From Mytilus trossulus (taxonomy: Eukaryota), in assembly GCF_036588685.1 (NCBI RefSeq), contig NC_086374.1, forward strand, positions 63,116,001-63,180,000: a DNA stretch of 64,000 nucleotides. Reading direction: 5' to 3'. This document shows positions 1-13,628 of this stretch, piece by piece. A program made the position numbers and the translations under genes. Within the stretch, counting starts at the first letter, position 1; every line of letters starts with the position of its first letter. A model generated the notes under the pieces. It worked only from the letters and a program-made list of their open reading frames with translations. It made no database searches and was not told the DNA's origin.

Positions 1-341
1 ACGAAGTGATAAAAAGTTGCATTTTTATCAAATAACCTCCTACACACTGCAAAGACAATGCTTCAACCTCTTTTCTTAAGATAATGAATCGTTTATGTCT
101 ACATTTCTTTAATTATCAATGAAACATTGCTGTTTCATCAACTTTGTAAAAATTGAAAATGTCTGATGACGGAAGCAACTGAAAGCAAGTATCGTCAAGA
201 ACAGGGCGACTTGTTTTCGCTTTTGGGGGTTGGGGAAAGCGAAGTGACGGTCAGGAAAGCAACTTCTTCGCCCAAATCGCATGGTAGCTTGAGCCCTGTT
301 TAAGGTGAGATGCATGTAGTGCTAACAAACACAGAACTTAC

Positions 342-3300
342 AGGCAGGTTTAATTCTTCACTTTTCCATACAGATCTAGCCATGAGATTAGCTGTGTAAG
401 ATGTCCCAGGTTCCTCTAACCTGTGTAACCAACTCTGTAATATTTCAAAAACATTATAGAAATTTTCCTTATAATGAATTACACTTTATACCAATGCATG
501 CTGTGAACACACAATTACTGACACTTACCAAATCATGCTGTAAACTAACAATTATTGACACTTAACAAAGCATGCTGTGAACACATAATTACTGACACTA
601 ACAAATGAATGCTTTAAACTTACAATTATTGACGTTTACCAATGCATGATGTAAACTAACAATTACTAACTTACCAAACCATGCTTTAAACTATCAATTA
701 CTGACACTTACCAAAGCAGGCTGTAAACTAAGTTACTGACACTTACCAAGGCATGCTGTAAACTAACAATAATTGACAGTTTGCATGCTGTAAACTAACA
801 GTTACTGACACTTACCAAGGCATGCTGTAAACTTACAATTACTGACACTTACCAAAGCATGCTGTAAAATAACAATTACTGACACTTACCAAATCATGCT
901 GTAAACTAACAATTACTGACACTTACCAAGGCATGCTGTAAACTAACAATTACTGACACTTACCAAGACATGCTGTAAACTAACAGTTACTAACACTTAC
1001 CAAATCATGCTGTAAACTAACAATTACTGACACTTACCAAAGCATGCTGTACATTAACAATTACTGACACTTACCAAGGCATGCTGTAAACTAACAATTA
1101 CTGACACTTACCAAAGCATGCTGTAAACATTCATGATCATTGGTCTCCTGTGCCATCCTAATAGCTTCATGTAATGCAGCTAATGATTCATCTCTGAAAT
1201 AAAATCAAAACAATTGTGTTAAAATGTGGACACAAATATATGACATATTTAATCTTAATAACACCATGTAAACTGGAAAGGTTAGATATCTAAATAACTT
1301 GCTTAACCTTGCCACGTGGAAGGTCATAAAAGGTCATTGCAAAATTTGGTATTTGATTGAAAGTTTTCCGATAATGTTGTCATCAGAATGTGCAAATTTG
1401 GAACCAGTTGAAGAAATTCACAAAGATGGACCATCAAAAGAGTTTGCCCCCTGCAAGTCCTTGGTCTGACAAAAAAAACTCAAAGTTTTGTAAACTCTGT
1501 ATAACTGCGAGTTGCTTTCACTACACTCACTTGAAAATTTAACCACTATACTTTTAACATTGCTACTTGTCTCAAAATTTCTTCTTCATAATAAGAAATT
1601 AATCATTCCAATGAAACAAAATACATCCTTTAAAAGAAAATGAAATTTTGAAACACTACCTTAAAATCCTATAAAAACATTGCTCTTTTCAATACTACCA
1701 TATAGTGAAATCAACTTTACCTGTGCCCGAATCTGTAATGCAGTGAGGCAAGGTTAAGGGCAGCATAACGTCGACTTACTGCCTCTTCTCTGTTCTTGTT
1801 GCCTTGACTTCCATCAGAGCCAATGTTTGTGTTTCGATCAAAGTAATGATAGAGGTTATGAAGTGCAGTACAGTATTCTTTAACACGTAAACTGTTCAGA
1901 TAACTTAAAAAATGCTAAAATATATATATATAAGTTATTTAAAGCCCTTTGGTAAATATCAAGTTATATATTTTATTCATATTCATGATCAATTATTACA
2001 AAATGTCAAATGTAAGCACATGGAATGATGGTAGTCTAAGAGATAAGTGGAAATTTTGATTTGCACTGTCCCTTGTTAAGAATAAACATGAACAAATAAA
2101 AGGTGTATTGCTATACACAATTATATTAGCTCAAAAATGTACAGTTCTCAGAATTTTCCAATCAAATATGATTTTTGTACTAGCATTTTTCTTCAATTTG
2201 GGAGGGGGAATTCAACTAAATAGTTTTGAAACTTTATTTTTACAGCTAGGAATATTATCATTTGCAGCTAGGAACATTTAAAGTTCTTATCAAGCCATGC
2301 TTTAACTTACAGCTTCAGCCATGTCAGGATTTGATCTCAACATATCAGTTATCTTTTCTTGTAGCTTGGCTGGTGATAAAGCCTCATTCTCATTATGTTG
2401 CAATAAAAATCCCTGAAAACATTTAAAGAACAATCAAATGTGACATGTAATTAAGGAGGTTTGCTTGTCATGTTTTGGTCTTTTTGTCAGATTTTTGAAA
2501 TCCTCTGGTTTTATCCCTTTGAATTAAACCCCTATCAATATATACTTGTGTCATGGATATCTATTTATTTTGAAACTGAGCAGCAAACTTCCTTAACCCT
2601 TTCACTGATTGCTACCCACAGAAGCTACTCTGTGACAATGGCTTCCCTGGCTAGTATTACTCAAGTGAGAGATCTTCATAATAAATGTCTATAAAAACTT
2701 GTTTGTAGTTATTTGTTTATTTATTTCATTCACTAACACCATGTTCACAGTTTTGTTCATGTTTTGATAATTTTTTCTTCATAAAATATTCAAATTTTCA
2801 AATTTTTCGCCATTATCTAGGTGAAATTCTCAAAATTCTAAATCGCATTTTTTTTTAACCCATAACGGCAAAATTTTGAAAATTTTTATGAGGCTGTACA
2901 AATTCCTCATACTGAATGATGTCCATTCCAAGTTTTTTGTACATAAAAACGACATTGTATGTCAAAAAAGTATACTAGTTTGGCTTCAATTCTTCCATAT
3001 TCTTTCAAAAAAATGTTCCCTCATTTCAAATTCTCATAAATTCTGTAAATTTCCTCTGATTTTGACACAAATTCAACAAACCGAAGCGACATGTTTACAC
3101 TTTCATCCGGGTATTAATCAAAGAAAGATAACTCATGTTTGCACTGTTTTGAGCAGGAAATATAAAAGAGGTATTCCGATCCCAGTAAAACAGGACTCAT
3201 CGTCAGCTGTCTGAAGCGTGAATCCCGGTAAACCGGGACTCATCGGCGAAAAGGTTAAGCTAAACTCTTAATAGGACAGTGTAAAACAGAGTTAATTAAA

Positions 3301-6300
3301 ATGTATCACAATTTTTGTTTAGAACTACAATAGTTCTTTCAATTTATAAGTTGAATACCAAATAAATTGAAAATATTTGAATGTTATTTTTTAAGTTATA
3401 AAAACGACATGGCTTACTGACAATGAATATGATCTTTGCTTCATATTCATTGACAGTAAGCCATGTCGTAATCATTGAATTATTTGAACAAAATTTATTC
3501 TGAAATTAATTGTACCTCCAGGCTTCAAAGCTAACCTATACTGGCATGCCAAGTTCACCCAGTTGCAGAAGAAATTTTATTAAGTGTATTTTTAAATGTA
3601 GATTTTTTTATGGCTTCTACATCATTTATTGGTAATGATTTTTATATCCTGCAGGGAGCCTTTTCAGTTAGCTATATTCTTGAAGTCCTATGGAAAGTTG
3701 ATCACCTTTCATATCCAACAGTCACATACATAAAATGTTTCAAAGTACAAAATAAAATAAAATAGACTATAAACATCTAGCACTGACAAAAGTTTTAAGG
3801 CTTATTAAAAAGATGTTGTTTGAGACACATCGCACATGAGTTTAGTACTGTAAACACATATCTCTTCATATCTCAGTTTCTGTATCTGCTGTATATACTT
3901 AGTAATGGTTACTCTCAAATACCATCACTATTGTAAAGCAGAAAGTAAATGTAAAAGACATTACAAAAATATTCTACCTGAATTAAATTCAGTGAAAAGT
4001 TGTTGTCTTTTAAATATAGGAAAAGATTCAGCTATAACTGTAAGAAGTTAAAGAGAATCTGTATTTATGTATAATTCACATGACCTTTTTCCCCACAGAA
4101 TTTAGAAAAAAACATTTTCCTTACTTGTTGAAATGTGAGATTCAAGTAAGATTAAAATTGTGCGTGTCATTTACTGTATTTTACAGTAAATAAAATTGAG
4201 AATGGAAATTGGGAATATGTCAAAGAGACAACAACATGACCATAGAAAAAAAAAACAACAGCAGAAGGTCACCAACAGGTCTTCAATGTAGCAAGAAATT
4301 CCTGCACTCCTTTCCAGTCATAAAGCCAAATAATTTTGTTCATGTTACTAATTGTAGAAAATAACCTAAGAAATTCAAGTTTTTATCTTATTTCCTGCTT
4401 GTAGCAAATTTGAACTTTCAAGCAAATATCTGTGCATTGTGCATGCCTAGATTAAGTATTTTGTTAATACAATACTGTAAGAAGCTGTAAGACCTAGTTT
4501 TTAATGCAGACAAATTACCTGTCTAGATATAAAGTATTCTGCCTGTTTGTAGGAGAAGAATCCACCATCAACATCATCAGATTTACTATAAAAAGAAAAC
4601 ATTGACTTGTAAAACATTGAAATCATATCATTTCCATGACCAGTAAAACTCTTTTAAGGGAGTACCCAACACTTGCACTAAAATTAATTTGGCTCGTTTA
4701 ATTTTCATAAAATTTTGTCAAAGTACTTACTTTGACCCTTTAACAAAAATATAAAAAAATCAAAAATTTTGAACCAACCGTTTTGTCAGAAAAATTACAC
4801 TGGTTATATAGCAGTTTAACAAACACCAAGTTTGATCATTGAGAAGCTTAATATTCCGTTTACAACACAACGTAATTCAAACGTTTAGCTGACTTTACAG
4901 AGTTATCTCCCTGTAGTGTTAGGTACCACCTTAACAATACATTGATGTCTAATGTTTTAAATGTGTTTTACAGGCAAACTGGAACCCTGCACCCTTGATC
5001 CAACATTCTGTCTTCTTTGAATTTTTCATTCCACATTATTCCAACCTAACTACTGAAGTATATTTGGTATACTATATATCTATAAAGTTGAGTATAAAAA
5101 TTATCCCAATTAAGATATCTATCCTTTTGCTCAATTTTATACAGTGGTCTTATTTGTACCCAACAAACATTAAACTGTAATTATACTGTTTTGTTGAAAA
5201 AGTAAATACTTTAATGGAAAGATATAGGAATATATAGCCTATTAAACTTGAAACAAAAATTAAATTCAAATATTTAAAATTTTTAATTTATCATTTTAAT
5301 CTATACAAAAAGTAAAAAAATAAATCTGAACTAAACATTACATACAACTCATTTAACATCAATCCTAATTCTATTAAATTGCCTTGAAAAATTTCAATTA
5401 GTGATCCACTGGCAAAAAAATCAACATCATAATCACTTTTATTCTTTATAATTTTAACAAAGGGTCATATCAGTAATTACAAAGACCTCTAAAGTATCAT
5501 GGCCAATGTAACATTTTGTCTAAAGAATTCCTCATATTGTCATTTTTTTTAATAAAAATAGAATCACAATGGATACATTAATGTTCCACAATTCAATTTA
5601 CATGTTTCCATGGTTCAAAAAAATCTCTGATGCCGGAGACTTTTTTTTTAGGTTGTTCTTTCTTATGTATTAAGAGACATGTTACATCTTACAAAAGATT
5701 TTCAGACTTCAGCCAGTTTTAGATCTGTATTAATGAGTCACAAAAATACATACCCATCGCCATGGTGACTTCTTTCAAATGACTTTCCTAGACCAAGGCC
5801 ACTCCTAAATCTACCAGACTGACTTGTGATGGAGTCAATTAATGATCCCCCAAACTGATCACTCTCGTCCATCCCCAATCCAACTTGTCCAGCCTCATAA
5901 TAATCCTTATATCTCGTAAATAACTTTGTCACTTGGGAAAATGATAGCTTTTCAAATGCTACTATCATTCTTCTAAGGAACAGACCTGTAAATACAAATA
6001 TACATCTGATGTATAGAGAAATATAAATTGCAAATACATTCAGTATATGTGCACTTTTTATACACAAGTTTCATTGGTGCAAGATTTATAATTAAAGGAA
6101 AAACAATAATATTATACACAGTAATCAATCAGTTGCATAGAAATCATTGCTACTAACAATTTTAAAAGATGATGAGAGCCCTAGGGAGGGGCAGTCCACC
6201 AGCATTTGTATGAAGCCAGTGGTAGAATAGTTATCAAAGGTACCAGTATGATAATTTAGTACGCCAGACGTGTGTTTCGTCTACATAAGACTCTAGAAAA

Positions 6301-8373
6301 CAGTTATTGTGGATTCATTATTATTCGTTGGATATCAATTTTCTTGGATTTCATGGTTCCAGATGACAAATTTTCTATAGGCTTGTATGCAGACTTGTGT
6401 AAAACCAGGAAATTATAAATCCAAACATGTAAGTTTTCCTAGATTTAAGAAAAAATTGGTGCCCAAAGAAATAAATGAAACCCCAGTAAAAGAAATGACC
6501 ATATAAGTATTTTCGAGAAGCGTTTCTTGGCTTACCGGCATAATATAGATATAGGAAGATGTGGTGTGAGTGCCAATAATGCACACTAAGAATCATACCT
6601 ATTTAATATATAATTTACCTAGTATACTACTAGCACTGATAACCCCATTAGATGGGTCACTTAGTTGTTTTGTCACATCTTGGAAGAAATCCATCAACAG
6701 TAACACACCTTCCTGGTAAAATCCTTTTAACCTACAATATAAACACATAAAGAGTGCATCATTATTTCAATAAATCTACCAAGCCCATATGTGTATTGCT
6801 TTTGATTTTCAATTTCTATACATCAGGAAACTAGCTGACAAATTTGGTAATAAAAATTTTAAACAAACATTTGTTGAACATGCTATTGCAGAAGAACTCT
6901 ACAATGTTTCAACACATTCCAGAGATTAAGCTAAATACCTTAAATTTCAAACATTACCTTGACATTCATTATTTAGAATTTTTTAAGTCTATTTTAAATG
7001 ATTTAAAATAGACTTAATAGATTTAATCTATACAAAAAATGTTAGTTGATATTTTCACACGGGTACCAGATATAGTTGGTAAGCATGCATGTTATTTTAA
7101 ATGTATGAACCATAAATTGCCAATAGAACAAGTTCGTTTTTGGGGTGACAAAACGTGATAATTGCATTTGTGATTTATGCAATTTATGTGAAATTGGTGA
7201 TGAATTTCATTATCTAATTAAATGTACTTTTATTTTCAATGTAAAAAAAAGGTTCATTGCCCTGTAATTTGTATACAAAGCCAAATGTTATAAAGAATTG
7301 TGAACTTTTTTGTTCTGATGACTATAATTTAATTACAAGTCAAACTTGCCAAAATTTGTTATAAATTAGATTGGCCTTCCAATGCAAATTCCTTAAATCA
7401 TGTACTTTGTATATACCATTGAATATGTAACCATGTCATTCTATTATATCATTATTTTTTATATTTGTATACATATTATTGTTTTATTATTACTGTTTAT
7501 ATTCACATACCCCTGATGGGGTCTTGACAACTAAAAAGTTTTAAAGTTTCAAGTTGCATTTAGAGTGAGATATTATACTTGGGAGTTGGGATGGGGGAAT
7601 TAAAATGCATTTTTTTACCAAAATATTATGGAGAAAAAACTGGTTTTATTACTCCTTAATCCAATAAACTAAAACCAATGGTTACCAAGGACATATTGTT
7701 TCAAATTTCAACTTTTATAATTTGTCTACCATTCAGATTAGTTTGTTTTATCTACCATGAACAGTGTATATAAATATGGTGTTAAAACAAAGTCTTCTTT
7801 GTTAGTCATGTATAAAGTACAAATACAAACCTTTCAGCAAATATTTCATAATGTGTTTGTTTCAGTATAGGCTGAACTTGGTCAGTTAAATCTTTCAGGG
7901 TCATGTCAGGACTCTGAAAAGAATGGTATAAAAGTATGTCAAGAAATTCAAGCCAACTGATTGAGTTTAAGATACTTGCACTAAATACATTCCCCCGTTA
8001 ACCTCAGGTTTTAAAATGAAGCTATGATGGATTTTTGAGAAAAAAAAATTAACATTTTCTTTGAGTTGTGAAGCAAGCTGCTCAAAACATTTTGTGGTGT
8101 GGGATATAAAAATAGGTATCTCACCTGAATAAGTTTGAGTATTGATGTCATGAAGTCTCGCTTTTCTCGTTCTTTAAATTTTTCTTCACTAGTGGTATCT
8201 TGAGCACCAAATCCCACAAAAACAGGAGGCTTCTGATGTCTTCTCATTTCTATGTACTCGTATATCAGTACCATTAATGATATCTTGTGTGGTGTTACCT
8301 GCTCCTTCAGTGGTTTTTTACCAAAAGGTCCAAAAATAAACAAGTCTTTCTGATGATTTGATGCACTTGACAT
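342..8373 (-). CDS. ANAPC5: Anaphase-promoting complex subunit 5, 5' portion (continues beyond window start). Coding exons: 8373-8125, 7913-7831, 6731-6619, 5985-5754, 4585-4519, 2412-2311, 1914-1721, 1193-1112, 434-342
   Basis: All junctions are GT-AG and phase-consistent. Translated motifs typical of APC5: VTPHKISLMVLI, GLFLRRMIVAFEKLSFSQV, SYKQAEYFISRQ, AEAHFLSYLNSLRV, HYFDR, RYAALNLASLH, EAIRMAQETNDHECLQHALSWL. The ATG exon opens with an acceptor at 8392, so upstream non-coding exons must exist. Confidence 0.95.
480..1128. repeat. 37-bp tandem repeat (~17 copies) derived from the ANAPC5 exon end plus splice donor
   Basis: Unit GACACTTACCAAAGCATGCTGTAAACTAACAATTACT, period 37 (e.g. 1081 vs 1118), more degenerate towards 480. 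The last copy overlaps the exon 1193-1112 end. Confidence 0.95.
2593..3258. mobile_element. Non-autonomous piggyBac-like DNA transposon (MITE)
   Basis: TTAA|CCCTTTC ... GAAAAGG|TTAA termini with TTAA duplication; subterminal palindromic GGACTCATC repeats at 3180-3247. Confidence 0.65.
4654..4934. mobile_element. MITE with ~20-bp TIRs flanked by TTAA
   Basis: TTAAGGGAGTACCCAACACT ... AGTGTTAGGTACCACCTTAA. Confidence 0.7.
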
Positions 8374-9741
8374 TTTGCTTTGATAACGTAATCTATTAAA
8401 GAAAAAAAAAAGTATTAACAAGTTCCATCCTAAATTCACAGATTTACAGTAAAAACAAAAGCGTTCAGAGCTTATGGTTCATTAATAATTTGATAAGCAT
8501 ACTTTATAAGTCCCATTTTAATTTGTATGTGGTGTCCCAGTCAGGAGCCTGTAATTCATCTGTTGTTGTATGTTTATGTAATTCATATTTGTTTTAATCC
8601 TTAAGGTTGCACTTTGTAAATACAGCTGTTTCTCAAAACACGCCTTTTTTGGGAAGATCTTGAATATTCATAGAAAATTAATTTTGTTTACATACTGGTT
8701 CCCAGTTATCATGGTTATGCTCTCTGTGTTCCATCTCACAGAGACATAACTTAGGAATGTTACCAGTTAATATACATGTGCATATATTGTTTAAATTGAA
8801 ATATGTGGTAACCTTTCATTTGAGGTAGGGGTAGTTAAGAAAATTATTGTTAGTTTAAACTCTGAGAAGTTCAGGGCATATAAACGTTGAACATATGCCG
8901 CACAGCCCTATATTTTGACCTTTGAAAAAAATTGTGGTGCATATGATCTTTCAATTCTAGGATAAGATTTTTTTCAAAACTTCATAGTAAAAGTGGTACA
9001 GTTTTAGCAGTAAAAAGAGTTCCTGTGGGAAATTGCATTGTCAATTTTTACAGAAATGCTATATCATTTAGTTTAAGTATCAATCCTGTCACTGGTTATA
9101 AGCAATTGTTAAGTATTTTATCAATTACAATTAAGATATTACAACATCATTCTATTGTTGTTTTATCATAAGTTTGAATCTTTAAGCTGTTATCTTTATA
9201 CTAATTTGCAGGAGAAGAAAAGTTTTCTTACTAAGAGTACAGAGATTGCATCAACCAGATGCTTGAAGTTTTTCATTGTTGAAGACATTATCTGATCATA
9301 TCTGTGGTGCTTGGTAACAAGTCTAATTCTTGTTCAATTCAATACATTTTTTTTTTAGATTTCATTGCTTCAATTTATTAATAATTTCAAAATGAAATAC
9401 TCTTTACATTAGACTACAAAGAAATCAAGAATTTCAAAGGTGACATTCAATACACATAATTCGGAAATTTCAAAGTTAAAAGAGACACACATAGGACTAA
9501 AAGTGATTCAAATAGCTCTCTTTTTTCTTCTGGTCAGGTGAGCTAATAAAAGCTATCACTTCTAAATAAAACATAAATATTTAACCCCACTCTTCCCCCT
9601 TTGTGATAGTGATTGTAATTTTTTAACAAGTTCTTAAACATGGTTTGAAATTATGTCATTTATTCTCAAAGATTCAATAGAATTTGTACAATACTTCTAT
9701 GTATAATATCCATTAAATATGTATTTATATAACCTACTTAC

Positions 9742-9803
9742 CTGAATATACAGCTGATAAACTATAAAATATATTTATAAACTTGTTATCGTTCCTGTTT
9801 TAC
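9742..9803 (-). other. Putative non-coding (5'UTR) exon, unit 1
   Basis: TTTTACAG acceptor and CAG|GTAAGT donor; homologous to 11070-11140, 12563-12643 and 16557-16611; nearest upstream candidate for the ANAPC5 acceptor at 8392. Confidence 0.6.
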
Positions 9804-10016
9804 CTGTAAAATACAAATGATGATTTAAACAAAAATACAAATTGAAAAAATATGCAGTGATTATATGCAGATGATTTAATCATGATAATAGTTTCTGCAA
9901 TATATGTTTCCTTTAAACACACACCTGAATAAACTAACACACTTGTTTTGCAAATCTTGAGACCTTTTATGTAAATATAATAAACTATAGCTATGTCATA
10001 CTACATTTCCAGCATG

Positions 10017-10023
10017 TATATAA
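10017..10023 (+). promoter_or_regulatory. TATA box (TATATAA) at -31 of structured RNA copy 1; equivalent boxes at 11356, 12848 and 16818
   Basis: Same spacing to the GGAGA start in all four copies (-31, -31, -31, -30). Confidence 0.6.
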
Positions 10024-10047
10024 TTATCATAAAATGTAATAGTTAGT

Positions 10048-10312
10048 GGAGATCTATATCCATTATGCTTGGCACTGTAAATATTATAATAGTGTTATTG
10101 GACTATTGTACGAATGTTTAATGGTCATGTCACCTTGAGATTTTCTGAGTCCTAGAAAGATTAAAGTGGCATACCTGAACAGCATGTGCTACTGAATGAT
10201 GAGTATATCTATACTCTAGCCTAGTTCCCCATACGAGTATAGATACACTTAACAAGCATTTCATCAGCAGTGAATCAGGGCTAAGAAACAGGTGGTAAAA
10301 GATCTTCGTTTT
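10048..10312 (+). ncRNA. Unassigned structured ncRNA, copy 1 (putative Pol III transcript, ~265 nt)
   Basis: GGAGATCT pairs with AGATCTTC; CCATT/GGTGG; CTTGGC/GCTAAG; four hairpins with G-U pairs on the + strand; ends GTTTT. Confidence 0.7.
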
Positions 10313-11069
10313 AATGAAAAATTTCTTAGGAATGTTTTTTTCTTTTACAATTAACAAATTATGAAATATGGTTTATAATTTTTTGGGGTGGATGATGACA
10401 GATTTATAAAAGATTTTATAATTATGTCTATTCAGTTTTACTATTAACCCTGCAACTTTTACATTCCTCAGTGTATAATTATCAAGTAATTTATTAATTA
10501 CAATACAGATATTACATCATGTCATTCTGGTCTAATCATTATGTGTTATTTTTTTATTGAATTATTTTAAATAATTTGCAGTGGAAGAAAAGATGAAATA
10601 TTTCTAATTAGAAATTCCAAGAGCCATGCACCACTCTCAGGTATTTATGCCATGTTGTAAACCCTTCTAAACAAGTATCAAGCCTTTAGCCCCCATGAGT
10701 TACATAGCTACTGACTCTTAATGTTGAGTGCTCAACTAATTAGTTTAACTCTACCATATGTGTATGTCTCTGTTAAACAACACTTGATCCTTGTCAGAGA
10801 AATGGTTGTATCTTAAAAGACTATTTGTCCTTCTGTGAATATGCTAATGATTAAAGATCTTTCATGATAACTGTTAACTTAATTACTTTTCTATCCTTAG
10901 GAACATCAATTGCCTGAGATACTGATTAGACACACATGTCTAATAGCTGAAGACAATTTCTCTTGTTGTATGTGCTGTCTCAATCACATATTCCTAACAC
11001 TTATTCTTATAGTTTATTGAATGAATGTACAACAACACTATATGTATAATATTCATATAATCTACTCAC

Positions 11070-11140
11070 ATAAATAAACAGGTGATTAAATGTATAAAAT
11101 CTATTTATAAACGTTCATTGTTATCGTTCCTGTTCAGTAC
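11070..11140 (-). other. Putative non-coding exon, unit 2
   Basis: TTTTACAG acceptor, GTGAGT donor, conserved GGAACGATAAC core. Confidence 0.55.
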
Positions 11141-11386
11141 CTGTAAAAGTAAAAAAAGCTTAAAGACAAAAATATCAATTAATTACAAATGAAGAAGTGT
11201 TTTAACAAATAGGCAATAAAATAAATCTAAAACATACATGACATATGTTTCTCTAAACATACAAAGATAAGCCAAAAACTCTGATTTTGCTAAGCATAAC
11301 ACATAATATGTAAATATAATAACTCCTAGTGATGTAAAGCTACATTTTCTGCATGTATATAATATTCATACAATGTAAATGTTAGT

Positions 11387-11711
11387 GGAGACCTAAATCC
11401 ACTATGCTTGGCACTGCTAAGGTAGTGTTATCGGATTATTGAATGAAACTCAATGATCATGCCACCTTGAGATCTCTTTCTCACCTTTGGGCCCTAAGTT
11501 GAGAAAGAGATGTTGATGTGGGATACCTGACCCACGCCTGAATGAATGCCGGTTCAGTGAAGCTATACTTTAGCCTGTTTTCCCAGCTTCTACCTGTAGA
11601 CAATAGGGAAAAATCTGGGAAACCAGGCTAGAGTGTATCTCTACACTGAACCAGCATTCATTCAGGCGTGGGTCAGGGCTAAGAAACAGGTGGGTAAAAG
11701 ATCTTCGTTTT
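11387..11711 (+). ncRNA. Unassigned structured ncRNA, copy 2 (~325 nt)
   Basis: Same scaffold. ~150-nt near-perfect hairpin 11526-11677 (CCTGACCCACGCCTGAATGAATGC / GCATTCATTCAGGCGTGGGTCAGG) and a second hairpin 11462-11520; TATA at -31; ends GTTTT. Confidence 0.75.
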
Positions 11712-12562
11712 GCAAAACTTTTGTATGTTTTTTCCCATATACCAACATATATGCTTCAGTAATGTCATTGTCAACTTCTTAACTGTATATAAGTCACAAA
11801 AACTTAATTTTTCAATTTTCCTACAGATAGAAGTGGAGTGAAATCTGATGAAGAGGAATAAAAAAAAAACAACATAAGAATTAAATTAAAATTATTCAGT
11901 TAAATCCCTATCTTTATTCTTATTTTTAAATGTAGCATTTCAATAATTTTTCACACATTATTAAATTGAGCCTCCTCAGGTCAGTTATATTTTATTTTTT
12001 AACAGCTATCACACTATATAATAGTACATCTCTTTTAGCTTTATTGAGTTGTGTGCGCTGAGATTCTTATTATTAAACATCTAGAATTTAATTTTATCCT
12101 TTTTATATAAAGACACAACTGCATGGATTGTAGAGGGAATATTCAACTTTTGTTACTTACCAATCGTGAATGATGGATTTGAATGCAAAAATGAATTGTT
12201 ATTAGATTGACAGTTTCTGATATTAGTCGGTAATTTTAATTCAGCAACATCAAAGAACATTATGACTAATCTATTGATGTACGATTGAACAAAGTAGCAT
12301 ATAAATCACATTAAAAAAAAAAATCATAAAGCTGCTTACAAAAATTACTTAATATGTACATGCATGACATGTATGCATTATAAATTAGTGAATCCTTTTA
12401 AAACATAAAGAGGACTTGTTGTCCAGGATTTTCAAACCCCCCTTTTCAATAGTGCTTCCATATTATGTACAAGATTTTTTGAACAAGATAAACATAATTA
12501 TGTCGTTTTCCTCAACAATTTAAAAGATTTCATACAACCATTCATATATATAACCTACTAAC

Positions 12563-12643
12563 CTGAATAAACAGTAGATAAATAAAATATAAATATAAAA
12601 ATCTATTTATAAAAACTTTAAACTGTTGTCGTTCCTGTTTTAC
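12563..12643 (-). other. Putative non-coding exon, unit 3
   Basis: TTTTACAG acceptor, CAG|GTTAGT donor, conserved GGAACGACAAC core. Confidence 0.55.
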
Positions 12644-12878
12644 CTGTAAAAGATAAAAATAAATGTTTTTACCCAAAAATTACAAATGAATAAATATAGA
12701 ATTGATTACATCAAGGTAATAACACAGTTTATATAACATGTTAACTTAAACATTCATATGATAAGCCTAAAAACGGATTTTGCAAAGTACTTATACCTTA
12801 TGGAAATATTCTAAACTATAGCTACAAATAACTACATTTTCTGAGGGTATATAACGTTTAGAAACTGTAAATGTTAGT

Positions 12879-13210
12879 GGAGACCTATATCCTCTATGTT
12901 TGGCACTGCGGAAGTTAGTGTTATCAGACTATTGAATGATGTTGAAAGAAAGTCAATGGTCACCCCGCCTTAATACCTTTGTCTCCACTTAGGGCACTAA
13001 GTGGAGAAAGGGGTATTGATGTGGGGTACTTGACCCACTGCTGAATGAATACTCGTTCAGTGTATCTATACTCTAGTCTGGTTTCATGTCTAGTCTCTGT
13101 ATACAACAGGGAAAAGCTAGGAAACCAGACTAGAGAATAGATTTACTAAACCAGCATGCATTCAGGAGTGTGTCAGGGCTAAGAAACAGGTGGTAAAAGA
13201 TCTCTGTTTT
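12879..13210 (+). ncRNA. Unassigned structured ncRNA, copy 3 (~332 nt)
   Basis: Same scaffold with compensatory changes (TAGTCTG/CAGACTA vs TAGCCTG/CAGGCTA in copy 2); GGAA loop in the first hairpin; TATA at -31; ends GTTTT. Confidence 0.75.
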
Positions 13211-13628
13211 GATGGATTTTTTTTTTTTTTTCAATCAATACTGGCTGCTCACATAATAACTTATGTCCATGTATTATAAATATAACAAGAGTTGCCATTG
13301 CTAGCAAGCTGCAGCCATTTCAAAAAAATTTAACAGTAAATGCACAAAAATGCATAGCTACATTTGTAAATTCATTTTTCTGTACTATTTTATATTTTTC
13401 CCCCATTTCCATGGCAACATGGGCTATTTTGAATTTTTTACATTGTTTGCCGTTTCCATGGCAATGTCAGCCATTTAGAAAAATAAAAAAAATAATGTTG
13501 CTGGTGCTACCACGCAAGTTGTCCATGATTTATACAAAACTGCTATAAAGTATTCAACTAATTCATAATGCCCAGTTTTAAAAAAAAGTTATTTTAACAA
13601 ACTTGACTTGGACTGCTTTATATATAGA

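Noticed and set aside
480-1128. CRISPR-like interpretation of the 37-bp repeats
   Set aside because: Head-to-tail units without unique spacers in a eukaryotic intron; no cas genes.
6260-6293. Minus-strand hammerhead-like fragment (GAGTCTTATGTAGACGAAAC..GTC)
   Set aside because: The CTGAT part of the catalytic core is missing; it is a truncated repeat fragment.
11395-11435. Twister-ribozyme-like words on the minus strand (TAACACT..CCAAGC..GTGGA) and hairpin-ribozyme-like AGAAACA on the plus strand
   Set aside because: The required pseudoknot or partner strands are missing and not conserved across copies.
9212-11870. Possible plus-strand exons (9212-9313, 10582-10640, 11828-11870)
   Set aside because: No coherent ORF; the first two are homologous parts of the duplicated unit; support is insufficient.
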